From a bacterium (lineage in GTDB: Bacteria; UBA8248), in NCBI GenBank assembly GCA_965221165.1, contig CBDCRP010000002.1, positions 864,001 through 928,000 on the forward strand: 64,000 nucleotides of DNA, given 5' to 3'. Position numbers and translations under genes: made by a program. Of this stretch, positions 61,669 to 64,000 are shown piece after piece. Each line of letters opens with the position of its first letter. The stretch's first letter is position 1. The notes beneath the pieces are model-generated. The model worked only from the letters and a program-made list of their open reading frames with translations. It was not told where the DNA came from and made no database searches.

Positions 61669-62412
61669 ATGGCCCAACCATGCCGTCTGGAATACCGGGG
61701 CTTTCATCAACTGGAACTCGTGCGCCACGGAGACGAGAAAATCCGTATCGGCGGGCGGCTGCGAACCCTGCAAGAACCTCCGCCCAAGGTGACCTCGCGG
61801 CCTCCCGTCGATACGGTGCAATACGTCTACGCGACGTGGGATGAGCGCAGAGAGCGCGTGAAGCTCATCGCCTCGACGGCAGGGCATGAAACCTTCGAGG
61901 ACGAGGAAGTGATGCGCGGCGATTCGTCCGCCCTCCTCGTCGGCATGGGAAGGCCCTATGAGAGCAGGCCCAAACACTACCACTGGGCGGACAGGCCCGA
62001 GCACAAAAAGCTCATCCTGAGCCGTCACAACCGAAAGCGGGTTGAGTGGAGGCAAAGATTGCGCTCGGATGCGACGATTCCACCGGGCGCGTGGCGGGAG
62101 GTATCGAAAGATTTAAGCGTTTCTTTTCTCGCATGGGGAGAGGAGGCGGCCCATCTCGAAATCGAGGGCGAAGTGAGAAGCGAAGATGCCGCCTCGCCGC
62201 TCCTGCTGGGCTTAGGCCTCGACGGCGCGCCGCCTCACTCGCCAAGCGTCGAAATCACGCCGCAGTCGCAGCGCTTTCAACTCAAAATCGAGAGACGCTT
62301 TCCCCGCGATGAGGAGGGTTTTCACACTCTCTCCCTGTACGGAAAAACGGAAAATGGCTCTTACACCGTCCTCAAAAACGTGAGCGAACTCGGATTCTCC
62401 ACCCCAGGCTAA
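61669..62412 (+). CDS. Hypothetical protein
   Basis: 247-aa ORF with GAGGAG RBS. Confidence 0.6.
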   Translation: MAQPCRLEYRGFHQLELVRHGDEKIRIGGRLRTLQEPPPKVTSRPPVDTVQYVYATWDERRERVKLIASTAGHETFEDEEVMRGDSSALLVGMGRPYESRPKHYHWADRPEHKKLILSRHNRKRVEWRQRLRSDATIPPGAWREVSKDLSVSFLAWGEEAAHLEIEGEVRSEDAASPLLLGLGLDGAPPHSPSVEITPQSQRFQLKIERRFPRDEEGFHTLSLYGKTENGSYTVLKNVSELGFSTPG

Positions 62413-62423
62413 GGAGTAAGGCG

Positions 62424-63557
62424 ATTAACGAATCCGCTGAAAACCCCAAATTCCTGAATGACTTAAAAATCCGCCGCGTCATCAGCGCGCGCACCCGCCA
62501 GACCCGCCTTGGCGGCGCGAAACTGAGGGCCGAAGTTTGGACCGCCATGCAGGAGGCGAACGCCGCCCAGGTGGAAATGACCGAACTGCACGCAAAAGCG
62601 GGCGCGCGCATCGCCGAGATGACGCAAAACGAGGCGGCCTACGTCACGAGCGGCTCCGCCGCCGGCCTCGTGCTGAGCGCCGCGGCCTGCATCACGGGCG
62701 CGAATCCGGCCCTCATGGACAAGCTCCCGTTCACCGACGGGCTCAAGAACGAAATCGTGATCCACCGCTTTCAGAGAAACCACTACGACATCAACATCCG
62801 CCAGGCGGGGGCGCGGCTCGTGGAGATCGGCTCTCATCGCCAGACCCACCCCTGGGAACTCGAAGAGGCCATCGGCGAGAAGACGGCGGCCGTCTTCTAT
62901 TTCCCGGGCCAGTATGCGGGCGGAAACATCCTCAAGCTCGAGACCATCATCGAGATCGCGCACGAAAGGAACGTGCCCGTGGTCGTGGACGCCGCGGCGC
63001 AGCTTCCCCCGTCCGGCAATCTCTGGCGTTTTACCAGGGAGATGGGAGCCGACGCCGCCATCTTCAGCGGGGGAAAGAGCATCGGCGGGCCGCAGAACAC
63101 CGGCATCATCCTGGGCAAAAAAGAGATCATCGAGGCCTGCGCCATGATGGGGAGCCCCAGGTACGCCATCGGCCGGCCCATGAAGGCGGGACGCGACGAC
63201 GTCGTGGGCCTGCTCGCGGCGCTTGCGCATTATCTGGACGGCGGCGAGGCCGCCCAGTACGCCCACAACGATAAGTGGTGTGAATTTTTCATGGAGCGCC
63301 TCGGCGGGATGAGGGGACTCTCGCCCCGCCTCAGACGCCCCAACGCCCTGGGGCAGGATTTGCCGGAAGTCGTGATTGAAATCGACCAAGAATCACTCGG
63401 GAAATCGCGCGATCAGGTCGCCGATGCGCTATGGGAGTGCGAGGTGCGGATCCAGATCGGCGCATCCAATGAGTCGGAACTCTACATCTCCCCCGATCCG
63501 CTCACCGATGCGGACGCGGAATACCTCTGGGCGCGGCTCAAAGAGGTCGTTTCATAA
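62424..63557 (+). CDS. SelA-like/DgaE-family PLP-dependent enzyme
   Basis: VVVDAAAQ, FSGGKSIGGPQ, IGRPMK; conserved N-terminus (IRRVISA...TRLGG) lies upstream of the first ATG; likely ATT start. Confidence 0.8.
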   Translation: MNESAENPKFLNDLKIRRVISARTRQTRLGGAKLRAEVWTAMQEANAAQVEMTELHAKAGARIAEMTQNEAAYVTSGSAAGLVLSAAACITGANPALMDKLPFTDGLKNEIVIHRFQRNHYDINIRQAGARLVEIGSHRQTHPWELEEAIGEKTAAVFYFPGQYAGGNILKLETIIEIAHERNVPVVVDAAAQLPPSGNLWRFTREMGADAAIFSGGKSIGGPQNTGIILGKKEIIEACAMMGSPRYAIGRPMKAGRDDVVGLLAALAHYLDGGEAAQYAHNDKWCEFFMERLGGMRGLSPRLRRPNALGQDLPEVVIEIDQESLGKSRDQVADALWECEVRIQIGASNESELYISPDPLTDADAEYLWARLKEVVS

Positions 63558-63800
63558 GGGGACGATTCAGACCTCGAATCGGATGGAACCGTAGCAGGGC
63601 AACCCTCTTGGGTTGCCATATCCCCCGTGGTTGTCCTTCATCAGGACAGGCACAGGGGCCTGTCCCTACGAAACCGCCGAAGCCTTTCGTAGGGGCGGCC
63701 AACCCCAAAGGGTTTTCCGACTAAGGAAAGAAGCAATTTCTATTTATCGTCAGCCTACTTGCATAGAATGGGCGAGGGGTGAGATTCGGAGCTTTTGGAG

Positions 63801-64000
63801 ATGAAAAATAGGAAGGCGAACAGGTTGCGGGAATACGATTATTCACAGGCGGGATGTTATTTCGTGACGGTTTGCGTACAGGACAGGAAATGTCTTTTCG
63901 GTGAAATCATCGACGACGGGATGGTTTTGAACGAGGCGGGAAAGATGGTTGCCCGTTGGTGGAGCGAAACAAAGAACAAATTTCCGTATGTCGAATTGGA
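63801..64000 (+). mobile_element. REP-associated tyrosine transposase, copy 3 (truncated by window edge)
   Basis: MKNRKANRLREYDYSQAGCYFVTVC..., nearly identical to copy 2. Confidence 0.85.

Noticed and set aside
62424-63557. True selenocysteine synthase selA
   Set aside because: Shorter than canonical SelA and closer to the DgaE/SelA-like subfamily; no selB or selC adjacent.

Overview
High-GC bacterial chromosomal segment, mostly ordinary metabolic genes (gltBD, fumC, metF, sod, LLM oxidoreductases, CocE/NonD hydrolases, an ABC transporter, a MaoC/CoA-ligase cluster, two tRNAs). The main signal is a set of tailed-phage virion genes broken into four minus-strand modules separated by host genes: lysis (~30.7-31.8 kb), gp26/small terminase (~29.1-30.0 kb), a split large terminase plus portal (~12.6-15.7 kb), and protease-capsid/head-tail genes (<1-4.2 kb, continuing off the left edge). 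The modules keep Mu-like late-gene order, and no integrase, phage transposase, repressor or replication gene is visible. Each module has its own copy of one promoter design: a 10-bp-period direct repeat (CGCATTT-N3-CGCATTT) exactly 26 bp upstream of a TANNNT -10 box. A lone excisionase/MerR-like HTH gene at ~36 kb is the candidate activator. This fits a domesticated, co-regulated gene-transfer-agent (GTA)-like system; that is an inference and is untested. Also present: three UGA-recoded selenoprotein genes with SECIS-like hairpins, a SmaI-like restriction-modification pair, three REP-associated tyrosine transposases, an AT-rich islet with twin 40-aa mini-ORFs and DnaA boxes, a putative structured ncRNA, and several indel/deletion scars that could be assembly errors. 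Family calls come from motif recognition only; no database searches were run.
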